Assembly: GCA_024403775.1 (NCBI GenBank) | Contig: JAKSRE010000008.1 | Span: 22,096-86,095 of the forward strand | Direction: 5' to 3' | Source of the DNA: Clostridia bacterium | Lineage (GTDB): Bacteria; Bacillota; Clostridia; Saccharofermentanales; Saccharofermentanaceae | DNA length: 64,000 bases | Shown: positions 37,080-44,457 of the stretch, one piece after another | Layout: each line of letters begins with the position of its first letter | How positions within the stretch are numbered: position 1 is the stretch's first letter | Translations under genes and position numbers: made by a program | The notes under the pieces: generated by a model | What the model was told of the DNA's origin: nothing | The model's database searches: none | Seen by the model: the letters and a program-made list of their open reading frames with translations, nothing else

Positions 37080-38002
37080 TATATAAAACTTTTGATGAAG
37101 TTAATTTAATACCAGAGAACAGATGCGTTGCACTTGGTCTTTTTGACAGCCTTCATTCAGGACATCTTTCTGTTATAAATGAGATGTTAAGGATAAGTAA
37201 GGAAGAGAATCTTGTATCTACTGTTCAGACATTCAGTAAATTTAGACTTAAGGGCAATAGAATGGTTCTAACTCTTGATGAGCGAAAGAGAATCTTTAAT
37301 GAACTTAATGTCGAAGATATCATTGTTCTGGAATTTAATGAGACTATAAGAAATTCTAACCCTAAAGATTTTGTTAATGACCTGATAGTTAATAAGCTCA
37401 ATGCCAAAGTTGTTGTATGTGGAAGCGATTATACTTTCGGGCATGGGGGAAGGGGAGATGTAAATCTTCTGTCGGATCTTCTACAAAAGAATAATGTCAA
37501 GCTTAAGATAGTTGATGAGGTGTTGCAAAGCGATGAGCAGAAGGTATCTACCTCTGCTATAAAGACTCTTCTTGATAATGGCGATGTTAAAACTGTAGCA
37601 AAGTTATGTAATGGCCGCCTGTTTGAATATGAAGGTATAATAGAGACGGGTAACCGCCTTGGACGCACGTTGGGCTTTCCTACAATCAATATTCTTATCC
37701 CTGAAGATAAGTATGTAGTAAGGCGTGGTGTGTATTTAACAAGAACCATTGTTGAGGGCAGGGTATATAATTCAATAAGCAATGTGGGCAAGAAACCTAC
37801 AATTGTCGAAGAAGTAAAAAAGGATATAATAGAGACGCATCTCTATGATTTTGATGATGATATTTATGGTAAAGAGGCAACAGTTCAGCTCATAGATTTT
37901 GTGAGGGATGAGCGCCTTTTTAAGGATATAGATGAACTTAAAAGACAGGTTCTGTCTGATAAAGATTATTGCTACGAAAGGCATATAAACGGGGGTATTT
38001 AA
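37070..38002 (+). CDS. ribF: bifunctional riboflavin kinase / FMN adenylyltransferase
   Basis: GLFDSLHSGH, GSDYTFG and GRTLGFPTIN motifs. Confidence 0.93.
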   Translation: MEMIYKTFDEVNLIPENRCVALGLFDSLHSGHLSVINEMLRISKEENLVSTVQTFSKFRLKGNRMVLTLDERKRIFNELNVEDIIVLEFNETIRNSNPKDFVNDLIVNKLNAKVVVCGSDYTFGHGGRGDVNLLSDLLQKNNVKLKIVDEVLQSDEQKVSTSAIKTLLDNGDVKTVAKLCNGRLFEYEGIIETGNRLGRTLGFPTINILIPEDKYVVRRGVYLTRTIVEGRVYNSISNVGKKPTIVEEVKKDIIETHLYDFDDDIYGKEATVQLIDFVRDERLFKDIDELKRQVLSDKDYCYERHINGGI

Positions 38003-38003
38003 A

Positions 38004-38963
38004 ATGGAAGTAAGTTTTCCTTACTTGAATTGGACTCTGAATATAAAGAGTTATTTTACCGTTTTCGGGTTTGAGATAAGATTTTACAGCATATGTATTT
38101 GCTTTGGTATGTTCCTTTGCGCTGCTCTTGCAATGCTCGAAAGTCGAAAGAATAAGTTTTCTGAAGATACAGTAGCGGATATTATGCTTATCACAATTCC
38201 ATGTTCAGTAATCGGTGCAAGAGCATATTATGTTCTTTGCAACTGGGATTACTATAAGGGCAACTGGTCCGAGATTCTAAACGTACGTAATGGTGGTCTT
38301 GCGGTATATGGCGGCATCATTCTTACAGTTTTCTGCACCTATCTTTTGTGCTATATCCGTAAGATTCCGTTCGATGCATTGACAGACTACGCATTTATAT
38401 ACATTCCAGTAGGTCAGGCAATTGGACGCTGGGGCAACTTCTTTAATCAGGAGGCATTTGGTACTACTACCAAACTTCCATGGGGAATGACTTCTGATGC
38501 AGTAAAAGGCTACCTCAAAGCTTACTGCCCAACATTAGATCCAAATATGCCGGTTCATCCTACGTTCTTATATGAATCCATACTTAACCTTATTTTGTTT
38601 GCGATTCTTCATGAAGTTCGTAAGAGAAGTAAGTTTAGATATGAGACAACGAGTGTATATCTCATAGGTTATGGAATTATAAGATTTTTCCTTGAGGGAA
38701 TGAGAACAGATTCTTTGTATATAGGAAATACAGGAATCAGGACTTCACAGCTTTTATCCGCAATTCTTGTAATTGCAGGTTTGTCAATTATTGCATATTC
38801 ACGTTATGCAGAATTAGAGCGTCGTGAGCTTCCTGCTAAGTGTTTTGTAGATAAAACAGCAGCTCAGGCTGAGAAGACTTATCAGAAATCACTTGAGGAG
38901 AATAACGAGGCTACTGAGGCTGATGAGGATAAAGAGGGTAAAAAGGTTAGTAAGGCTAAGTGA
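38004..38963 (+). CDS. lgt: prolipoprotein diacylglyceryl transferase
   Basis: GARAYYV and GRWGNFFNQEAFG motifs, in a polytopic membrane protein. Confidence 0.92.
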   Translation: MEVSFPYLNWTLNIKSYFTVFGFEIRFYSICICFGMFLCAALAMLESRKNKFSEDTVADIMLITIPCSVIGARAYYVLCNWDYYKGNWSEILNVRNGGLAVYGGIILTVFCTYLLCYIRKIPFDALTDYAFIYIPVGQAIGRWGNFFNQEAFGTTTKLPWGMTSDAVKGYLKAYCPTLDPNMPVHPTFLYESILNLILFAILHEVRKRSKFRYETTSVYLIGYGIIRFFLEGMRTDSLYIGNTGIRTSQLLSAILVIAGLSIIAYSRYAELERRELPAKCFVDKTAAQAEKTYQKSLEENNEATEADEDKEGKKVSKAK

Positions 38964-38969
38964 GACTAA

Positions 38970-39125
38970 TTAAGGTGGTCTGACTGAAGGTTAACTGGAT
39001 TATAGGTTAACTGATGGATTGTAGGTTAACTGACTAAGAAGGTTTGATTGGACTATAAGGTCGGCTGGATTTAGAGGATAGCTAGACTAATAAGTTTAAC
39101 AGGACTAAGAAGGTTAAGTTAAAGA
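38970..39125. repeat. degenerate direct repeats (about 17-18 bp period, core RAGGTTAACTG)
   Basis: Copies begin near 38987, 39003, 39022, 39039, 39057, 39074, 39092 and 39110, between lgt and rodA. Confidence 0.6.
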
Positions 39126-39166
39126 TTTAATGATTTGCCTTCAAATTAGGAGTATTAGTATAGAGA

Positions 39167-40297
39167 ATGAGACAACAGAAACTAGGCATTGAGAGAACAA
39201 CCGAAACAATGTTAGTAAAAAGGATTGATTATTTATTAATCGTTCCTATTTTGCTCATGACTACAATCGGACTTTTTGTGCTTAATAAAGTATTAAGTGA
39301 TGGCTTTGGTGATGCATATCCAGGTAACCTTTACCGTCAGGTAATGGCTGCTGGTGTAGGTGTATTCATAACTCTCGTCATCTGCCTTTTGGATATATCA
39401 TTCATGCGTCCAATGGGCTGGTGCATATATATAGCTTCGATATTTTTGCTGGTTCTGGTTCCGATTGATAATTTCTCGCTTGCGGATACCTGGGGTGCTG
39501 ATGCGTGGCTTAATCTTCCAGTAATTGGTACTTTCCAGCCTTCAGAGCTCGCCAAAATCGGACTTGTTATGGTGGCAGGAGATTTCTTTGGACAGATGGC
39601 TGAACATAAAATCTCATTCGTGAGAGGCTTCGCCTACATCGCTGCTGTTTATTCGGTTCCAGTTTTATTGATTCTTAAGCAGCCAGATTTTGGTAGCTGC
39701 ATGGTTATCATTTTCTCGTTTGTATGTATTCTTTTTGTATGGGGACTTAAGTATAGATATTTCTTCCTTGCACTTTCTGCTGCGGTAGTAGGTGGTCTTC
39801 CAATGGTATGGCTTTTCTATCTTGAAGCTTATCAGAAGAAGAGAATCCTCTCTCTCGTGTTCGAAGGTTCAGATCCTCAGGCTGAGTATAATCTTGTTCG
39901 TTCAAAACTTTGCATCGCGTCAGGTGGTCTTAGTGGAAACAGAACAGGTATCTCAGTTTCAGTTCCTGTTAAGCAGAGTGACTTTATCTATGCGGCAATC
40001 TCGGAACATCTTGGATTTATTGGAACAACTGCTATTATCGTTCTGGCATTTTTCTTTTTGTGTCGTGCGCTTTATGTTGCATCTAACACGAGACGTCTTG
40101 CATATGCTTACATAATTGCAGGACTTACAGGTTCTTTTGCTTTCCATTTTATTGAGAATATGGGTATGTCCGTAGGACTTCTTCCAATAACTGGTATTCC
40201 GCTTCCATTTGTTAGCCAGGGTGGTACGGCAATGATGGTAAATTTTATATCTTTTGGTATAATATTAAATATATCGATGAATCGACGAGCGGAATAA
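39167..40297 (+). CDS. rodA: FtsW/RodA/SpoVE family peptidoglycan glycosyltransferase (RodA-like, outside the dcw cluster)
   Basis: 376 aa SEDS protein with the motifs PSELAKI, DFGS and LPFVSQGGT. An alternative start at Met-15 is possible. Confidence 0.85.
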   Translation: MRQQKLGIERTTETMLVKRIDYLLIVPILLMTTIGLFVLNKVLSDGFGDAYPGNLYRQVMAAGVGVFITLVICLLDISFMRPMGWCIYIASIFLLVLVPIDNFSLADTWGADAWLNLPVIGTFQPSELAKIGLVMVAGDFFGQMAEHKISFVRGFAYIAAVYSVPVLLILKQPDFGSCMVIIFSFVCILFVWGLKYRYFFLALSAAVVGGLPMVWLFYLEAYQKKRILSLVFEGSDPQAEYNLVRSKLCIASGGLSGNRTGISVSVPVKQSDFIYAAISEHLGFIGTTAIIVLAFFFLCRALYVASNTRRLAYAYIIAGLTGSFAFHFIENMGMSVGLLPITGIPLPFVSQGGTAMMVNFISFGIILNISMNRRAE

Positions 40298-40359
40298 TTC
40301 GTTCATAGGAATCGATAATAAGGGATATATTTTAGGGATAGATATGGAGGAAATTTATT

Positions 40360-40725
40360 ATGGATAAGGGTTTTGTTAAGAGCAAGACCGGCGCTCGCGT
40401 GCTCATGATTCTACTTGATATTTTTGTAGGTATCTGGGCTTGGCTGTTGATTCTTGCTTCTGTAGTTGCTTCACTTGTTGTTTTATGCGGCACAGGCTTT
40501 GCATTTTTCAAATTAATTCCTGTTGTGGCAGCGCTTACTCTTTATAAAGCTGCGGCTGTCCTTGGAATGATCGCATTGTTCTTCTTTATTATATTCGTTG
40601 CTGTTGTCTGCATCTTTGTAATACAGTTCTTCTGTAAAGCAACAACTGTATATCACGATTATCACAAGAGTATGTGGAATGAAGGATTTACAGTATATGA
40701 AGGAATAAGGGGGAGAAAGGTATGA
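40360..40725 (+). CDS. hypothetical polytopic membrane protein
   Basis: 121 aa with three hydrophobic segments. RBS ggagg upstream. Confidence 0.6.
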   Translation: MDKGFVKSKTGARVLMILLDIFVGIWAWLLILASVVASLVVLCGTGFAFFKLIPVVAALTLYKAAAVLGMIALFFFIIFVAVVCIFVIQFFCKATTVYHDYHKSMWNEGFTVYEGIRGRKV

Positions 40726-40895
40726 AGAAGTTTAATATAGTTACTTTTTGTATCGGTCTAGTTGCATGGATTATGTGTGCATTTTTCTTATTTTTGGCTT
40801 TGGTAACATTTGTGTTTAGTGCATCAAAGAATGTAGATATAAGTAGTGTTATAACAGATGTAAAAAATAAGATTGAATTAATCTATGATGTTTAA
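40722..40895 (+). CDS. hypothetical small membrane protein (57 aa, below the ORF-track cutoff)
   Basis: My own translation is MKKFNIVTFCIGLVAWIMCAFFLFLALVTFVFSASKNVDISSVITDVKNKIELIYDV. The ATG overlaps the previous stop (ATGA) and follows an ggggagaaagg RBS. Confidence 0.5.
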   Translation: MKKFNIVTFCIGLVAWIMCAFFLFLALVTFVFSASKNVDISSVITDVKNKIELIYDV

Positions 40896-40922
40896 ATAAG
40901 GGCCTAAAATATTATCCTGACA

Positions 40923-40958
40923 TTAAATGATGCCACCTCAAAACCTATGGGTTTTGAG
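40923..40958 (+). terminator. intrinsic terminator
   Basis: Perfect 13-bp stem ccacctcaaaacc-tatg-ggttttgaggtgg followed by tttttg. Confidence 0.9.
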
Positions 40959-41000
40959 GTGGTTTTTGTGTTGTGTGGGATATTGTGGTTATTTATGGAT

Positions 41001-41119
41001 TAGAACATGAAAAGTCTATGTACATGGTCTAGGTAGCCTAGACCGGTGACCTAAAAATTAAGGGTTAAAACGTCAAAAGTCTATGTACATGGTCTAGGTA
41101 ACCTAGACCAGTAACCTGG
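41001..41119. repeat. two type-A 65-bp units
   Basis: aaagtctatgtacatgg starts at 41001 and 41066. Same consensus as at 7.5 kb and 62.8 kb. Confidence 0.95.
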
Positions 41120-41300
41120 AATTTTGATTTTCACGGTAAGATGTCGCGGTAGCCGGTACACCCAACCGCGAATTTGGGGCCAGAATAGCATTTTTTCACG
41201 GTACAATGTCGCGGTAGCCGGTACACCCAACCGCGAATCTGAGGCTAAAAGCACGATTTTTCACGGTAAGATGTCGCGGTAGCCGGTACACCCAACCGCG
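41120..41300. repeat. three type-B 65-bp units
   Basis: ttcacggta starts at 41120, 41185 and 41250. Core sequence gatgtcgcggtagccggtacacccaaccgcg. Confidence 0.95.
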
Positions 41301-41371
41301 AATCTATGAATTAATCAGTGTCAAGGTCCAACTAATTGCGTTATAGACTTTGTACAACCACGATGCCATTC

Positions 41372-41555
41372 ACCTACCGACAAAACTAACAGTACAAGTG
41401 ACGGTTACCGTAACATCCTACCGTCATTTTAGGCTATTTACTGACCAAACTAACAGTACAAGTGACGGTTACCGTAACGTCCTACCATCATTTTAGGCTA
41501 TTTAACGACAAAACTAACTGTATAAGTGACGCCAACCGTAAAGTCTTACCATTAA
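41372..41555. repeat. three type-C units (about 64-bp period), inverted B-like modules
   Basis: aaactaac starts at 41373, 41437 and 41501. The core gtgacggttaccgtaac is the reverse complement of gttacggtaaccgtcac seen at 8.17 kb and 62.73 kb. Confidence 0.9.
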
Positions 41556-41800
41556 TTCACCCCTTTCATCCCCAAATCAGTAAATCTCGCATTCTCTTAC
41601 CCAGAAACTCAAAGTAACTCCAGCACATCTTCCCAATTTCAATCCCAATTCCAATCCCAATCCCATTCCCGCTCCTAATTCCAAAAACAATTCTCAACCT
41701 CGCGCAAGTCTTACACAAAAAACATTCTCACACCAGATCGCGTAAGCCACCACTACTTCCAGGAGTACAAGATCCTACAATCAGCGGCACAAACCACCAT
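41548..41800 (+). other. G-depleted, C-rich non-coding tract (rut-like; C3-tract run at 41622-41660)
   Basis: Hand count for 41561-41680: 44 C and 6 G out of 120 nt. No ORF of 60 aa or more. Confidence 0.7.
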
Positions 41801-41877
41801 TAAATCTGCGAATTAATTCCTTTGTGCAACCTGCAAAAATATAAAAGAAATTTGTTTTGTAATTTCTTTGAAATATT

Positions 41878-41906
41878 GAAAAAAATGTTGCAATTTAACC
41901 GAAACA
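41878..41906 (+). promoter_or_regulatory. candidate sigma-A promoter of the mraZ/dcw operon (TTGCAA-17-TAAAAT)
   Basis: ttgcaa at 41878-41883, a 17-nt spacer, and taaaat at 41901-41906. The inverted repeat aaatgtt/aacattt spans the -35 element and spacer. Confidence 0.55.
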
Positions 41907-41976
41907 TTTGTAAAATCATTGTGTCAGAGGGATAAAAAGTTACAAAAAGTTGTGTTTGAGTGTCGTTTTGTGGTTG

Positions 41977-42053
41977 AATCGGGATGAAACAGTAAACAGT
42001 AAGCGGTAAGCAGTAAGCGGTAAACAGTAAACGCCGAACGTTAAACAGTAACC
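41977..42053 (+). repeat. heptanucleotide tandem repeat (consensus AARCRGT, about 11 units) in the mraZ leader
   Basis: Units in order: aaacagt aaacagt aagcggt aagcagt aagcggt aaacagt aaacgcc gaacgtt aaacagt aacctgt aagcgta. The repeat decays further downstream. Confidence 0.85.
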
Positions 42054-42147
42054 TGTAAGCGTAACCAGCAAATTGCAAAGGTAAACAGCCCTAGCAATTA
42101 GCTAAGTTAGTTTCTTCCAATCAACTTTAGGGCTTAACCAAGAACAA

Positions 42148-42190
42148 CCATCGTTATCTTTTATTGATTAACGATGGCTTTTGCTTTCTT
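42148..42190 (+). terminator. terminator-like hairpin within the mraZ leader (attenuator or 3' end of a leader RNA)
   Basis: ccatcgtta-N12-taacgatgg followed by cttttgctttctt, 57 nt upstream of the mraZ ATG. Confidence 0.55.
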
Positions 42191-42246
42191 AACTTTTTAA
42201 ACACCTGAAAATAAGTTTCTATAGTTCGTCGCGAAGGATTATTGGA

Positions 42247-42744
42247 ATGGCAAGAGATGTAAAGAAAATTGATAACAAGGGAAGATTTTATATTCCTGCC
42301 CGAATCAAAGATGAGTTCTCGGGTGATTTGGTTGTTACTAACAGTTTCGACCGTGGTTATCTTTGCGTCTATAAAAGAGAAGATTATGAGAAGTTAGAGA
42401 AGGACTTTCTTGGAAATGCGAACTACTTTAGTAGAGATGCTCGTATATTCCAGAAGCTCATCATCGCACCTAAGATTGATGTAACTCTTGATTCTCAGAG
42501 TCGACTTACCATTACTGATGAACTTTGGGAGAATATCGGTGCCTTAAGAGGCGATGACATCTGTGTATTTGATGTTGGATCAAGACTTGAGATTTGTACC
42601 GTTGAGACTTACAAGAATGAAGACTGGGATTACGGAGCAATTGAACGCTTGTCAGAGAAGTATACTGCATCAAGCCCATCTTCTTTTGGAAATGTTACGG
42701 TTGATAATTCAAATTCAGATGTAACTAATCCGACTGCTAACTAA
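42247..42744 (+). CDS. mraZ: transcriptional regulator MraZ
   Basis: Two SpoVT/AbrB-like halves with DNKGRFYIP and DSQSRLTI motifs. It is the first gene of the dcw cluster. Its C-terminal tail is longer than usual. Confidence 0.88.
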   Translation: MARDVKKIDNKGRFYIPARIKDEFSGDLVVTNSFDRGYLCVYKREDYEKLEKDFLGNANYFSRDARIFQKLIIAPKIDVTLDSQSRLTITDELWENIGALRGDDICVFDVGSRLEICTVETYKNEDWDYGAIERLSEKYTASSPSSFGNVTVDNSNSDVTNPTAN

Positions 42745-42769
42745 GGTGATCGGAAGAGGGGAAAAGAAG

Positions 42770-43714
42770 ATGAGTGACAGTTTTGTTCATATACCAGTTT
42801 TATTTGAACAGTGTATGGAAGGCCTTAACATTAAGCCTGACGGAATATATGTAGACTGTACAGCTGGTGGCGGTGGCCATAGCTCAGGAATCTTAGACAG
42901 ATTGTCTGATAAGGGAAGACTTATCTCACTGGATAAGGATGACGAAGCTCTTAGCGAGTGTAATGACAAAAAGGAAAAACGTGGAGCTAAGAACTGGGAT
43001 CTGGTTAAGACAGACTACTCAAAGATTGAAGATGCACTTCAGTCACTGAACATTGACAAAGTAGACGGCATATTGGCGGATTTTGGTGTATCTAGTCATC
43101 AGATTGATTTACCAGAGAGAGGCTTCAGTTATGCGACTGAAGGTCCGCTTGATATGAGAATGGATACAACACAATCGCTTGACGCTTATAAGGTTGTAAA
43201 TACTTACAAAGAAGAAGAACTCGCGAGAATCTTTAAGGTATACGGGGAAGAGAGATATTCAGGAAGAATAGCTGCCGGAATCGTGAGAGACCGTAAGGTT
43301 GAGCCTTTTACTTCAACTTTGCAGCTCGCTGATAAGATTGCAAGTTATATGCCTGGCAAAGGCCGTAATGAACAGCAGCATCCTGCAAGAAGATGTTTTC
43401 AGGCAATCAGAATCGAGGTAAATAACGAGCTTCGTTCTGTTGAAGAACTTCTTGAAGCGGCGCCAAGACTTCTTAATAAGGAAGGCCGTATAGCGATTAT
43501 CACATTCCATTCGCTGGAGGATCGACTTGTAAAGGAGAGCTTCAGAAGTCTTGAGAATCCATGTACATGTCCGAGAGAATTTCCGGTATGTATATGTGGA
43601 AAGAAGCCTGTTGGCAAGGTGATAACACACAAGCCGATAGTTGCTGACGAGGAAGAGAATAAGCGTAATTTTAGAGCGCATTCAGCGAAGTTACGCATTT
43701 TCGAGAAGACATAA
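42770..43714 (+). CDS. rsmH: 16S rRNA (cytosine1402-N4)-methyltransferase
   Basis: HIPVL, DCTAGGGGHS, DFGVSSHQ and FHSLEDR motifs. Confidence 0.94.
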   Translation: MSDSFVHIPVLFEQCMEGLNIKPDGIYVDCTAGGGGHSSGILDRLSDKGRLISLDKDDEALSECNDKKEKRGAKNWDLVKTDYSKIEDALQSLNIDKVDGILADFGVSSHQIDLPERGFSYATEGPLDMRMDTTQSLDAYKVVNTYKEEELARIFKVYGEERYSGRIAAGIVRDRKVEPFTSTLQLADKIASYMPGKGRNEQQHPARRCFQAIRIEVNNELRSVEELLEAAPRLLNKEGRIAIITFHSLEDRLVKESFRSLENPCTCPREFPVCICGKKPVGKVITHKPIVADEEENKRNFRAHSAKLRIFEKT

Positions 43715-43742
43715 AAAATAGGATATAGGGGGGAACAAATTA

Positions 43743-44348
43743 ATGCCTGCACTTACGATGGCACAAAAGAATATGAATCGTACTAAGAAGGACGATAGTA
43801 TTTTTGTATCCCCAGATTTGGAAGTAGTAGATAGCGAGCTTGAGAAGAATTACCTCGAATATATTTCTGAGGTAGAGGTTGGCTCACATGCTACAAAGGT
43901 TCTTACAGAGAGCTATCAGTCTCTTGAATTAAGTAAGACTGAGCGAAGAAAGATTCGTGCACAGAAGCTCTCTTATTCAATTATTGGATCGATTATCTGT
44001 TTCATTATTGTGGTTGCAGGCGTTCTAATGATGCTTGTTCTTTATCCACAGGCTCAGCTTTCTGAGTTGTCCAGAAGTAATTCTGAGGCAAAGGACAGAA
44101 TCTCAGCGCTTAAGCAGGAGCTTTCTGATGTGGAGGAGAACAATAATGGTATTACAGATATGGATATCATTAAGTCTCAGGCACTCGCGCTTGGTATGCA
44201 GGAACCAAATGCTAATCAGGTGGTAACTGTGCCAATGCCTAAGGAAGATAAGTTCATTACTATGTCTGGCTATAGTGCAGATGGAGTATCTGAAGAAGCA
44301 TATAATGCTGCAATTCAGAATTTGGCCGAGTATTATCAGGACAGATAA
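43743..44348 (+). CDS. ftsL: cell division protein FtsL-like (bitopic, coiled coil)
   Basis: Single TM (IIGSIICFIIVVAGVLMMLVLY) followed by a coiled coil. It sits between rsmH and the PBP gene. Confidence 0.7.
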   Translation: MPALTMAQKNMNRTKKDDSIFVSPDLEVVDSELEKNYLEYISEVEVGSHATKVLTESYQSLELSKTERRKIRAQKLSYSIIGSIICFIIVVAGVLMMLVLYPQAQLSELSRSNSEAKDRISALKQELSDVEENNNGITDMDIIKSQALALGMQEPNANQVVTVPMPKEDKFITMSGYSADGVSEEAYNAAIQNLAEYYQDR

Positions 44349-44457
44349 TATAAAGCTCGAAAGTGGATTTATCGAACAAAAATATAAAAAGAATATAATT
44401 GCCATAAAGTAATATAATGTTATAGGGATACATCTATTACGTATTGGGAACGGAAAC

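Noticed and set aside
41800-42078. 92-aa minus-strand ORF upstream of mraZ.
   Set aside because: It runs through the promoter region and the heptamer repeat. It has no RBS, and its repetitive hydrophobic sequence is generated by the nucleotide repeat.
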